From the IMG/VR virus record IMGVR_UViG_3300020325_000001: a DNA stretch of 44,471 nucleotides; one strand, given 5' to 3'. A program made the position numbers and the translations under genes. Positions 1-7,370 of the stretch are shown in pieces. Source of the stretch: a virus. Numbering within the stretch: the first letter of the stretch is position 1; every line of letters begins with the position of its first letter. The notes beneath the pieces were generated by a model, which worked only from the letters and a program-made list of their open reading frames with translations, searched no databases and was not told the origin of the DNA.

Positions 1-77
1 TACAAGAGCGGCAATCAGTACCTCTACAGCAACATCGATGAGGATGCAATGTTTGACATCCTGTTTCACAATGTCGA
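1..77. repeat. Terminal overlap. Bases 1-77 are identical to 44395-44471, from circular-assembly closure or collapsed terminal redundancy.
   Basis: Direct comparison of the two ends: tacaagagcggcaatcagtacc...ctgtttcacaatgtcga occurs at both. Confidence 0.95.
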
Positions 78-147
78 GTCTTTCGGCAAGTGGGTTAACA
101 AGTTCTGCAAAGCTGACGGTGTGTCAGTCTTCCCGATTGCTGCCTGA
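1..147 (+). CDS. 3' part of KTSC-like small protein (paralog 2). It is the same gene as 44302..44471 once the overlap is collapsed.
   Basis: Frame 1 is open from base 1 to TGA 145-147 and joins in frame with ATG 44302. The joined product is MFFVPAARNAIKSSSIEQLEVSPLHNQALVTYKSGNQYLYSNIDEDAMFDILFHNVESFGKWVNKFCKADGVSVFPIAA. Confidence 0.6.
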   Translation, partial: YKSGNQYLYSNIDEDAMFDILFHNVESFGKWVNKFCKADGVSVFPIAA

Positions 148-189
148 TTCTTGTCACTGATCAAACAACACATCTACAACAACACTATC

Positions 190-522
190 ATGCCTGAAAC
201 TCTCACTCGTTTTCAAGATCTCGTGGCATCTATCCTAGACATTGACAGCGTATCACGAACAGATTTGTTCATTAATGAGATCGAAGGTTACGGTGTCGAT
301 AGCGTCGAAAACTTCGAAGATGCGTACTACGGTTGTTATCCAGATGTGAAAACGTTTGTTGAAGATTTCGTGAACGAATGCTACTCTGATGCTATTGACT
401 CTCTGCCAATCTGGCTGCAAACTGCTATAGATTACGAGCTGATTTGGTACCAGAGTTTGCGACATGATTTCTTTGAAGTTTCGTTTGATGGTGAGGTTTA
501 CGTCTTTAATCGTAACTTCTAA
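190..522 (+). CDS. ArdA-like anti-restriction protein (C-terminal ArdA-type domain), acidic
   Basis: The track ORF 151..522 starts at TTG, and the first ATG is at 190. The segment FEDAYYGCYPDVKTFVEDFVNECYSDAIDSLPIWLQTAIDYELIWYQSLRHDFFEVSFDGEVYVFNRNF resembles the remembered ArdA C-terminal pattern (Y.G.y.s.edfa..l.e....ip..l..YIDYe...rdl......g.vyvF). The gene sits in the early region. Confidence 0.55.
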   Translation: MPETLTRFQDLVASILDIDSVSRTDLFINEIEGYGVDSVENFEDAYYGCYPDVKTFVEDFVNECYSDAIDSLPIWLQTAIDYELIWYQSLRHDFFEVSFDGEVYVFNRNF

Positions 523-532
523 GTAACACATA

Positions 533-590
533 GCGGCGCAATCGTCGCGTTTAGTAACAGATAGGCGGCAAATGTCGCCTCTCTTTTGTA
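533..590 (+). terminator. Two tandem GC stem-loops after the ArdA-like gene. The second has a T-run and is an intrinsic terminator candidate.
   Basis: The stem-loops are GCGGCG-caat-CGTCGC (533-548) and AGGCGGC-aaat-GTCGCCT (563-580), followed by ctcttttgt. Each hairpin is preceded by GTAACA. Confidence 0.45.
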
Positions 591-611
591 ACCACATTCA
601 TCACATTCACT

Positions 612-629
612 CCAGCAAGTCCGCAGTTT
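612..629 (+). promoter_or_regulatory. Copy A of the exact 18-nt motif CCAGCAAGTCCGCAGTTT, ending 1 nt before ATG 631
   Basis: It is identical to 1733-1750. The upstream flank ttcacattcac resembles ttcacatacac at copy B. Confidence 0.5.
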
Positions 630-630
630 T

Positions 631-924
631 ATGCAAGCGCCTGACATCACCTACGAATTCCACATCCAAGATGCACATGCCCATTGGTCTATCCACTCTG
701 ACGGTGTACACATCACTGAGTCAGCTAGCGAGTCTGGTGTACATGTAACAGGTGTAAATGCTGACGCCATGTTCTCAATGTGTCGCAACGCATTAGCATG
801 TAACAGTGAGTATTCAGTCTTTAAAGAACTGAGCAACAAACCTCACCAACTTAAATCAGCCATGGAAATGGTTGAAGCACTCAACGCATACATCAAATCC
901 CAAAAATCTGAGGAGCGTAACTGA
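631..924 (+). CDS. Hypothetical early protein (97 aa)
   Basis: Track ORF with a hydrophilic composition. Its stop overlaps the next ATG (cTGATGa). Confidence 0.55.
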   Translation: MQAPDITYEFHIQDAHAHWSIHSDGVHITESASESGVHVTGVNADAMFSMCRNALACNSEYSVFKELSNKPHQLKSAMEMVEALNAYIKSQKSEERN

Positions 925-1058
925 TGATCTGGAACGAATCAAACATTATCCTTGCCGTTGTCGGTATGGTAGGATTGTTCAGCACTGCTGTCATCTGGCA
1001 GCGCTCAAACCGAATTACTTCTAAATACTATGGCAAACGTAACACCACCCAAGGATGA
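924..1058 (+). CDS. Small single-pass membrane protein (44 aa)
   Basis: ATG 924 overlaps the previous stop and GAGGAG lies 10 nt upstream. The product MIWNESNIILAVVGMVGLFSTAVIWQRSNRITSKYYGKRNTTQG has one hydrophobic helix. Confidence 0.45.
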   Translation: MIWNESNIILAVVGMVGLFSTAVIWQRSNRITSKYYGKRNTTQG

Positions 1059-1242
1059 TGATTGGTTCATCCGTAATGCAATCTACTGTTGGCTAAATTA
1101 CTTTGGCGAAGAACATCAGTGGCACGCTAAATACACTGAACTCGCACAACGTGAAACCTACTTACCCAAACCACGTCCCGCTAAGCGTAGGAAGACAACT
1201 AATGCGACTACAAAAACCACAACTCAAGGAGTGGGAGTATAA
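1030..1242 (+). CDS. Hypothetical early protein (70 aa)
   Basis: Track ORF that overlaps its neighbours on both sides. The coding status is uncertain. Confidence 0.3.
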   Translation: MANVTPPKDDDWFIRNAIYCWLNYFGEEHQWHAKYTELAQRETYLPKPRPAKRRKTTNATTKTTTQGVGV

Positions 1243-1366
1243 AACAACTGACGGTCAGGTGCGTTATCTTATTGCACCCGATTTAGAGCACGCCGCATGG
1301 GCTGCTGCTGAATTGTCCGGTGGCACGCAGTTCCTTAAAGATGTAAAACTTTGCGATGAGTGGTAA
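1202..1366 (+). CDS. Hypothetical early protein (54 aa from ATG 1202)
   Basis: In frame with track ORF 1103..1366. The product from ATG 1202 is MRLQKPQLKEWEYKTTDGQVRYLIAPDLEHAAWAAAELSGGTQFLKDVKLCDEW. Confidence 0.4.
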   Translation: MRLQKPQLKEWEYKTTDGQVRYLIAPDLEHAAWAAAELSGGTQFLKDVKLCDEW

Positions 1367-1661
1367 CTATTTCCCAAACAACTGGGAGGCATGGAATGAA
1401 ATGCCAGAAGACTTTCTAGCTACTCCCACGTGGGAAGAGTTTGAAGATTGGAAACTGCGCGGCTGGGAGATTCCCAGTTCAGTGTGTTGTATTATCCGCG
1501 CAACAAACACCAAAGGTAAAGTTAAAGAGTACGTTTACCAAAAAACACACGCCGCCGAAAAACGCATCCAACAACTCATTGCTGAAGAGGCAGAGTTTAC
1601 TGTCTGCACTGAGGATGAGTTGCGCCACATTTCACCCATTAGATCTCATGAGTCTGATTAA
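1356..1661 (+). CDS. Hypothetical early protein (101 aa), Trp/Glu-rich N-terminus
   Basis: Track ORF with an ATG start that overlaps the previous stop. Confidence 0.55.
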   Translation: MSGNYFPNNWEAWNEMPEDFLATPTWEEFEDWKLRGWEIPSSVCCIIRATNTKGKVKEYVYQKTHAAEKRIQQLIAEEAEFTVCTEDELRHISPIRSHESD

Positions 1662-1684
1662 TCTTGAACAATTCGATGAGCTAG

Positions 1685-4105
1685 TTGAGGACTATCCTGA
1701 GCTGGCTCAGTGCTACGATTTCACATACACGCCCAGCAAGTCCGCAGTTTCAGAGGAGCCTATTGCCAACACCTGCCCAGATTGATGAACAGATACAACT
1801 TGAGCGTGATGCTATTGCTCAAGGGTTAAAGAAACTACACAAGAACACACGCGACTTAGAGGCAAAAGAGTATGCGTCTGCTAGTGTGTATGGAGCTGCT
1901 TCTATTGATACCTTGCTGCCTCTTGTGGTGGCACGTATTGAAGCAACTGTAGAATATGCTATTAAACGTGGTAAGACAGGCGTAGCATTTAAAGAGATAC
2001 AAAAGTATCTAGCTGATGTTGAGCCTCTTGCTGCAGCAGCTATCGCTGTTAAAGTTACCTTTGATAAGGTATTCTCATACAAAGATAAAAGCAACCAAGC
2101 TGTCAACGTATGTGACTCCATTGGTCTTGCTGTTGAACACGAGTGTCAAATGCGACACTATGAAAAACATGCACCCGGGCTTCTCAAAACACTAAAAGAT
2201 AACTACTGGCATCGTTCTATTGGAACAGAGCAGAAAGTGGTTGTCATCCGTACTTTGATGAACCGTTATGATGTCAAACAATGGACAACATGGGGACGAT
2301 CTAATCGTATTAAACTTGGAGGCTGGCTACTTGACTGCATCATGCAGAGCAGCGGCTGGTTCACGAAGGACATGCAACAACAAGGACGTAAACGTGTCCA
2401 GTATGTTATCCCTACTCCAGAATTCCTTGAGATCAAAGACCAAATAATGCGTGATGCTGAGCTATTTAGCCCACTCGCATGGCCGATGTTAATTGAACCC
2501 AACGATTGGGAAAACAAAAGACAAGGCGGTTACATCCTCAATGAGGTGATGCGTGGGCATGACATGGTTCGGCGGGGAGATCCCACATGTATACAGGGAG
2601 ATAAACCCCTGGAGTTTCTGAATAAAATCCAGAAGGTAGCTTACCGGCTAAACCCCTTTATTGTAGGGGTAGCGGAAGAGCTAGATAGATTGGAACGAGC
2701 TGTTGGTAAGTTTCTCCCTATCATCCATCACGAACTACCACCCAAGCCTGTTGATATTGAGGAGAACGATGAGTCTCGCAAATCATACAGAAGAAATTGT
2801 GCTGAGGTTCATAACCTACAAGCGCAAGAGTTCAGGAAGTCATGCCGAACACGTATGACGATGGAAGCTGTTGCTAGGTTCAAGGATCGTGATAAGTTCT
2901 ATATTCCGTGGTCGTTTGATTACAGAGGTAGGGCTTACCCAATCCCTGCATTCCTCACACCACAAGATACAGACTTTGGAAAAAGTTTGTTAACGTTTGC
3001 TGAGGCGTCGTTCATGACACCTGAAGCTGAGGAGTGGTTAGCATTTCAAGTAGCCACAACATATGGTCTTGATAAAGCACCAATGCGTGAACGATTGGAC
3101 TGGGTAAAGAACAACACACATCTTATATCTTGTGTCGCTTCTGATCCTATCTTACACATTCACGAGTGGGAAGCTGCTGATGAACCTTGGCAATTCCTTG
3201 CAGCATGTGATGAATACTATCACTGTGTTCTCAAATGTGATAGACACGAAACACGTGCAATGATCGCCACAGATGCTACATGTAGTGGTCTACAAATCTT
3301 GGCAGGTTTAGCTAGGGACAGGAATACGGCTCAATTAGTCAACGTTCTGCCCTCAGATCGCCCTCAAGATGCATACAAAGTAGTCGCTGAACAAGCAAGT
3401 CCGCACTGCCCAAAGTCTATCCGTCCTTACATGGACAGAAAAACTGTGAAGCGTGTAGTGATGACGGTGCCATACAATGCTAAACCTTTTAGCAATCGTG
3501 GGTACATCAAGGACGCACTCAAAGAGAAAGGTGTTGAGATTGACAAAGATGACTTGACAAAGACTGTGGTCGCTGTTAGAAATGCTATGGATGAGGTCGT
3601 ACCTGGTCCCATGGCTGTCATGTCTTGGATCGAATCAGAAGTCGCTAAGGCTATTGATCGTGGCAAGACTGAGCTAACATGGACAACTCCATCTGGTTTC
3701 GTGGTAACACAGAAGCTGATGAAGAAACAAACAGTCCAGGTTGAATTGCAGTTGATGGGTCGTTGTAAGTTAACCGTCGCAGTCGATGACTCTGACAAGG
3801 TTGACAAGCAACACCACAAGAATGCAACAGCGCCCAACCTGATCCATTCACTTGACTCCTCACTCCTCCATTTCAGTGCACTTCGTTTCGACGCACCGAT
3901 CGCTCTCATTCATGACTCTGTATTGTGTCGTGCTACTGATATGTCTAACCTCAGTGCAATTGTACGAGAGACATATATGCACCTCTTCGCTGAGCACGAT
4001 TACTTGCAAGACTTCGCTGACCAAATAGAAGCGGAGACTGACCCACCGATCATCGGAGATCTGCAACCAGAATCCGTGATTGAATCCACTTATTTTTTCT
4101 GTTAA
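1685..4105 (+). CDS. T7-like single-subunit DNA-dependent RNA polymerase
   Basis: An 806-aa ORF with a T7 RNAP-like layout, including RGRAYP, TDATCSGLQILA, VMTVPYN, IHDS and a C-terminal YFFC. No ATG exists at the 5' end. The open frame starts at TTG 1685, and TTG 1763 with a GAGGAG SD is the more likely start. Confidence 0.93.
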   Translation: MRTILSWLSATISHTRPASPQFQRSLLPTPAQIDEQIQLERDAIAQGLKKLHKNTRDLEAKEYASASVYGAASIDTLLPLVVARIEATVEYAIKRGKTGVAFKEIQKYLADVEPLAAAAIAVKVTFDKVFSYKDKSNQAVNVCDSIGLAVEHECQMRHYEKHAPGLLKTLKDNYWHRSIGTEQKVVVIRTLMNRYDVKQWTTWGRSNRIKLGGWLLDCIMQSSGWFTKDMQQQGRKRVQYVIPTPEFLEIKDQIMRDAELFSPLAWPMLIEPNDWENKRQGGYILNEVMRGHDMVRRGDPTCIQGDKPLEFLNKIQKVAYRLNPFIVGVAEELDRLERAVGKFLPIIHHELPPKPVDIEENDESRKSYRRNCAEVHNLQAQEFRKSCRTRMTMEAVARFKDRDKFYIPWSFDYRGRAYPIPAFLTPQDTDFGKSLLTFAEASFMTPEAEEWLAFQVATTYGLDKAPMRERLDWVKNNTHLISCVASDPILHIHEWEAADEPWQFLAACDEYYHCVLKCDRHETRAMIATDATCSGLQILAGLARDRNTAQLVNVLPSDRPQDAYKVVAEQASPHCPKSIRPYMDRKTVKRVVMTVPYNAKPFSNRGYIKDALKEKGVEIDKDDLTKTVVAVRNAMDEVVPGPMAVMSWIESEVAKAIDRGKTELTWTTPSGFVVTQKLMKKQTVQVELQLMGRCKLTVAVDDSDKVDKQHHKNATAPNLIHSLDSSLLHFSALRFDAPIALIHDSVLCRATDMSNLSAIVRETYMHLFAEHDYLQDFADQIEAETDPPIIGDLQPESVIESTYFFC
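1733..1750 (+). promoter_or_regulatory. Copy B of the exact 18-nt motif CCAGCAAGTCCGCAGTTT, just upstream of GAGGAG and an in-frame TTG of the RNA polymerase ORF
   Basis: It is identical to 612-629. It is followed by caGAGGAGcctaTTG (TTG 1763). Confidence 0.5.
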
Positions 4106-4671
4106 TGCCACGCACTATCCACAAAACTGAACAGCCTGTGATCCTCGAAGGTTATCAAGCTGTACTGAAGCCAAGTAAGTTTGGCTACTCCCTCTCTGCT
4201 ATTGTCGATAGCGAGATGGTTGATGCCCTGGAGGAAGACCGTACTGAGTCTCTCGAATGGGCACAAGGTAAACTCAAGAATCCTAAGCGTTCTGTGCTCA
4301 AGCCTGAGCCTTGGGAGGAAGTCGCAGACAACCAGTTCAAAGTTAAGTTCAGCTGGAATGAAGAGAACCGACCGCCTGTCGTCGATACCGAAGGCACGCC
4401 TGTCACAGACGAGAATACGCCCATGTATTCTGGTAGCCGAGTTAAGTTGGCGTTCTATCAGAAGCCGTACATCCTCAAGGATGGCGTCACTTATGGAACA
4501 AGCCTTAAACTGGTTGGTGTACAACTGGTGTCTCTCAATTCAGGAGCTGGTGTAGACACTGGCGATATGGCTGCTGAAGATGTAGCCGCCCTGTTTGGTA
4601 AGACTGAAGGCTTCAAAGCTAACGACCCTGCTGTTACTGTTATCCCTGGTTCCGACGAAGACGACTTCTGA
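4105..4671 (+). CDS. gp2.5-like single-stranded DNA-binding protein
   Basis: It lies directly after the RNAP gene. The 188-aa product has an acidic C-terminal tail ending SDEDDF, like T7 gp2.5. The junction is a TAATG overlap. Confidence 0.75.
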   Translation: MPRTIHKTEQPVILEGYQAVLKPSKFGYSLSAIVDSEMVDALEEDRTESLEWAQGKLKNPKRSVLKPEPWEEVADNQFKVKFSWNEENRPPVVDTEGTPVTDENTPMYSGSRVKLAFYQKPYILKDGVTYGTSLKLVGVQLVSLNSGAGVDTGDMAAEDVAALFGKTEGFKANDPAVTVIPGSDEDDF

Positions 4672-4853
4672 TGATTGATTTTAATGTTGAAAAAGATGCA
4701 GCCACCGGGCTGTACAAAGGTACACTGACCGTTAACCTCCCTGAACTCACTGCTACCCGCTACAAAGCTGATCGTAACGACTTCAAGTATGAGATGCGTC
4801 GTGCAATCAGCGAGATTGTAGAGGAGATTATTGAGAAAGGGATTGACGACTGA
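4671..4853 (+). CDS. Hypothetical protein (60 aa)
   Basis: Track ORF with ATGA-type coupling at both ends. Confidence 0.5.
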   Translation: MIDFNVEKDAATGLYKGTLTVNLPELTATRYKADRNDFKYEMRRAISEIVEEIIEKGIDD

Positions 4854-5206
4854 TGGCTTTTCGATCCAAGCTCGAAGAGAAGGTTGCTGATCTGCTTGTC
4901 GATCTTGGCGTTAAGTATGAATACGAAACCACTAAAGTCCGTTACATCATCCAGCATGTATACACACCCGACTTCGTGTTACCAAACGGTGTCGTGCTGG
5001 AATGTAAGGGTTACTGGGAACCTGCTGACCGTCGTAAGATCAGGGCAGTTAAGGAGTTAAATCCTAACCTTGATCTACGTATGGTCTTCCAGGCACCATT
5101 CAATAAGATCAGTAAAAAATCTAAAACTACATACGCTAAGTGGTGCGATAAGCATGACATCCCTTGGACATCCTTCCAAAACATCCCCCTCGACTGGCTC
5201 ATCTGA
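4853..5206 (+). CDS. Endonuclease I (T7 gp3-like Holliday junction resolvase)
   Basis: KLEEKVADLLVDLGVKYEYETTKVRY...YTPDFVLPNGVVLECKGYWEPADRRK matches remembered T7 gp3 (GLEDKVSKQLESKGIKFEYEEWKVPY...YTPDFLLPNGIFVETKGLWESDDRKK). Confidence 0.9.
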   Translation: MAFRSKLEEKVADLLVDLGVKYEYETTKVRYIIQHVYTPDFVLPNGVVLECKGYWEPADRRKIRAVKELNPNLDLRMVFQAPFNKISKKSKTTYAKWCDKHDIPWTSFQNIPLDWLI

Positions 5207-6770
5207 ATTCCTATTTCACGAGCCGTGTGAGGAGTGTGGGTCGTCAGATGCCAAGAGTGTTTATGACGACGGTCACACATATTGTTTCGTTTGCCATCAC
5301 TACACGCACGGTGATGGTGAACCTTCTTTACACATTCATCAAACCAAAAGTGTGCAAATAACAGGCTCAGCCCAAAGGCTGCAGAAGCGTAACCTCTCAC
5401 AAAAAGTATGTGAGAAATATAAAATCTACCGTGATGGTGATAAGCTCCGCTTTTACTATCATGACGAATCAGGCATCGTCAAAGGTGCCAAGGTAAAGAC
5501 AAAGGGTAAATCATTCTCGTATGAGGGTGAGGTACCTGGTACATTTTTCGGACAACATCTCTACCCTACTACTGGTAAACGTATCGTCATCTTTGAAGGC
5601 GAGATGGATGCAGCTAGTGGGTCTGAGTGTATGCCAGGATGGCCGATGGTTTCTGTACCATCAGGCGCAGCTGGTGCAAAGAAGGCTGTACAAAAACAAC
5701 TCCCACTGCTGCAAGGCTACGATGAGATTGTTATCTTTTACGACAATGACGAACCAGGTCGTCAAGCCGCTGAAGAGTGTGCTAGTGTACTACCGCCTGG
5801 TAAGGTCAAGATTGCCCACCTCCAGGGCGACTACAAGGACGCATCAGATGCCCTCCAAGCCAATGACTCAGACGCTGTATGCCGAGCTATCTGGGACGCC
5901 AAGCCGTTCCGTCCTGATGGCATTGTCGATGGCAAAACTCTTCTAGATCTTGTAACTACACCATCACCCGCTGCAGATCATGACTACCCATTTCAAGGAC
6001 TACAATCAAAGCTTCACGGGATCAGGTATGGAGAGCTTGTCACAATCACTGCAGGATCTGGCATCGGCAAATCCAGCTTCTGTCGTGAACTTGCAACTAA
6101 CCTTCTTTCAAAAGGAGAACGGGTCGGTTACTTGGCGTTGGAAGAATCCAACCGTCGTACGGCTCTAGGCTTGATGAGCGCCCATGTTGGCAAATCGCTG
6201 CACCTAGGAGAACACACCCATGAAGAACTTACGGCGGCTTTTGACGCCACAATGGCTAATTGGAACCTGTATCTTTTTGATGGCTTCGGGAGCTATGATC
6301 CTGATGTTATTTACAATCGCATTGAGTACCTAGCATCAGGTCTCGACTGTAGAATCATTTTCTTGGATCACCTCTCCATCCTCCTTTCTGGGCTTGACGG
6401 AGACGAACGACGGATGATTGACACCACAATGACTAAGCTCAGGTCGCTCGTGGAGCGTACTGGCATTGCGTTGTTCTTGGTGTCTCACCTCAAACGTACA
6501 TCATCGGATCAAAACCATGAAGAAGGAGCACGAGTTACGCTCGGACAACTGCGCGGATCTGCTGCAATCGCTCAACTCAGCGATGCGTGTATTGGATTGG
6601 AACGAGATCAACAATCCGACAAAGCTGGAGGTACTACGACTGTTAGAGTCCTTAAAAATCGTTATTCGGGCGAAACTGGAGTAGCCTGTCATCTAAGTTA
6701 CGATCTCCCTACCTGTAAATTCTATGAAACTCAACCAGAACCAGAGTTCAATGCAGCAACAGATTTCTGA
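5154..6770 (+). CDS. Bifunctional primase-helicase (T7 gp4-like)
   Basis: The zinc finger FLFHEPCEECGSSDAKSVYDDGHTYCFVCH resembles T7 FLYHIPCDNCGSSDGNSLFSDGHTFCYVCE. A TOPRIM-like EGEMDA...YDNDEPG segment and a Walker A motif GSGIGKS are present. The start was taken as the last ATG (5154) before the zinc finger, whereas the track ORF starts at 5070. Confidence 0.9.
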   Translation: MTSLGHPSKTSPSTGSSEFLFHEPCEECGSSDAKSVYDDGHTYCFVCHHYTHGDGEPSLHIHQTKSVQITGSAQRLQKRNLSQKVCEKYKIYRDGDKLRFYYHDESGIVKGAKVKTKGKSFSYEGEVPGTFFGQHLYPTTGKRIVIFEGEMDAASGSECMPGWPMVSVPSGAAGAKKAVQKQLPLLQGYDEIVIFYDNDEPGRQAAEECASVLPPGKVKIAHLQGDYKDASDALQANDSDAVCRAIWDAKPFRPDGIVDGKTLLDLVTTPSPAADHDYPFQGLQSKLHGIRYGELVTITAGSGIGKSSFCRELATNLLSKGERVGYLALEESNRRTALGLMSAHVGKSLHLGEHTHEELTAAFDATMANWNLYLFDGFGSYDPDVIYNRIEYLASGLDCRIIFLDHLSILLSGLDGDERRMIDTTMTKLRSLVERTGIALFLVSHLKRTSSDQNHEEGARVTLGQLRGSAAIAQLSDACIGLERDQQSDKAGGTTTVRVLKNRYSGETGVACHLSYDLPTCKFYETQPEPEFNAATDF

Positions 6771-6839
6771 ACTCAAACGACCTAACCCACCTACTACCCA
6801 AGCTATTGAACGTGCTCAATTCAAAGACAAAACGTTCAG

Positions 6840-7370
6840 ATGGAATGGGAAGTGAGTCTAATCTTTGACATAGAAACAAACGGTTTACTACATGATGTTA
6901 GTACCATCCACTGTCTTGCTATCCACGATCTCTCGACAGATCAAACGATTGCGTACAATGACACGGGGTCTAGTGAGCCAATATCAAGAGGTTTGCAAAG
7001 ACTCCAAGACGCGGACAGGATTATTGGGCATAACATTATTGGTTACGACATTCCTGTTATTCGCAAACTTTACCCTTGGTTTGGCAAGCCTGCTTATGTG
7101 GTCGATACTTTACTCCTTAGCAGACTCTACCACCCGGACATGATTAACTTGGATAAGAAGCGTACCTGGGATGGTATGCCTCTCAAGTTGTATGGTAAAC
7201 ACTCACTTGAATCCTACGGCTACAGATTAGATGAACGGAAAGGTGACTACGGTTCCACTTCTGATTGGACGGACTGGTCCCAAGAAATGGAAGACTATTG
7301 CATACAAGACGTTCACGTTACCACCAAACTATGGAAACACTTCCAGCCTTACCTGAATGGGTCGCGCTAG
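6840..7370 (+). CDS. DNA polymerase, separate N-terminal 3'-5' exonuclease ORF
   Basis: The three exonuclease motifs are present as IFDIETNGL (Exo I), IIGHNIIGYDIPV (Exo II) and YCIQDVHVT (Exo III). They resemble T7 gp5 VSDIEANAL, FHNGHKYDVP and YNVQDVVVT. The ORF ends at TAG 7368-7370. GTG 6852 is an alternative start. Confidence 0.85.
   Translation: MEWEVSLIFDIETNGLLHDVSTIHCLAIHDLSTDQTIAYNDTGSSEPISRGLQRLQDADRIIGHNIIGYDIPVIRKLYPWFGKPAYVVDTLLLSRLYHPDMINLDKKRTWDGMPLKLYGKHSLESYGYRLDERKGDYGSTSDWTDWSQEMEDYCIQDVHVTTKLWKHFQPYLNGSR

Noticed and set aside
572-748. 58-aa ORF (MSPLFCNHIHHIHSSKSAV...) that would translate through copy A of the 18-nt motif
   Set aside because: It overlaps the better 97-aa ORF 631-924 in another frame, and its composition is Cys/His/Leu/Ser-rich junk-like. 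The shared SKSAV in the two motif copies simply reflects the identical nucleotides.
6724-6855. 43-aa ORF bridging the helicase end and the DNA polymerase start
   Set aside because: It overlaps both neighbouring genes, has no motif or SD, and is short enough to arise by chance.
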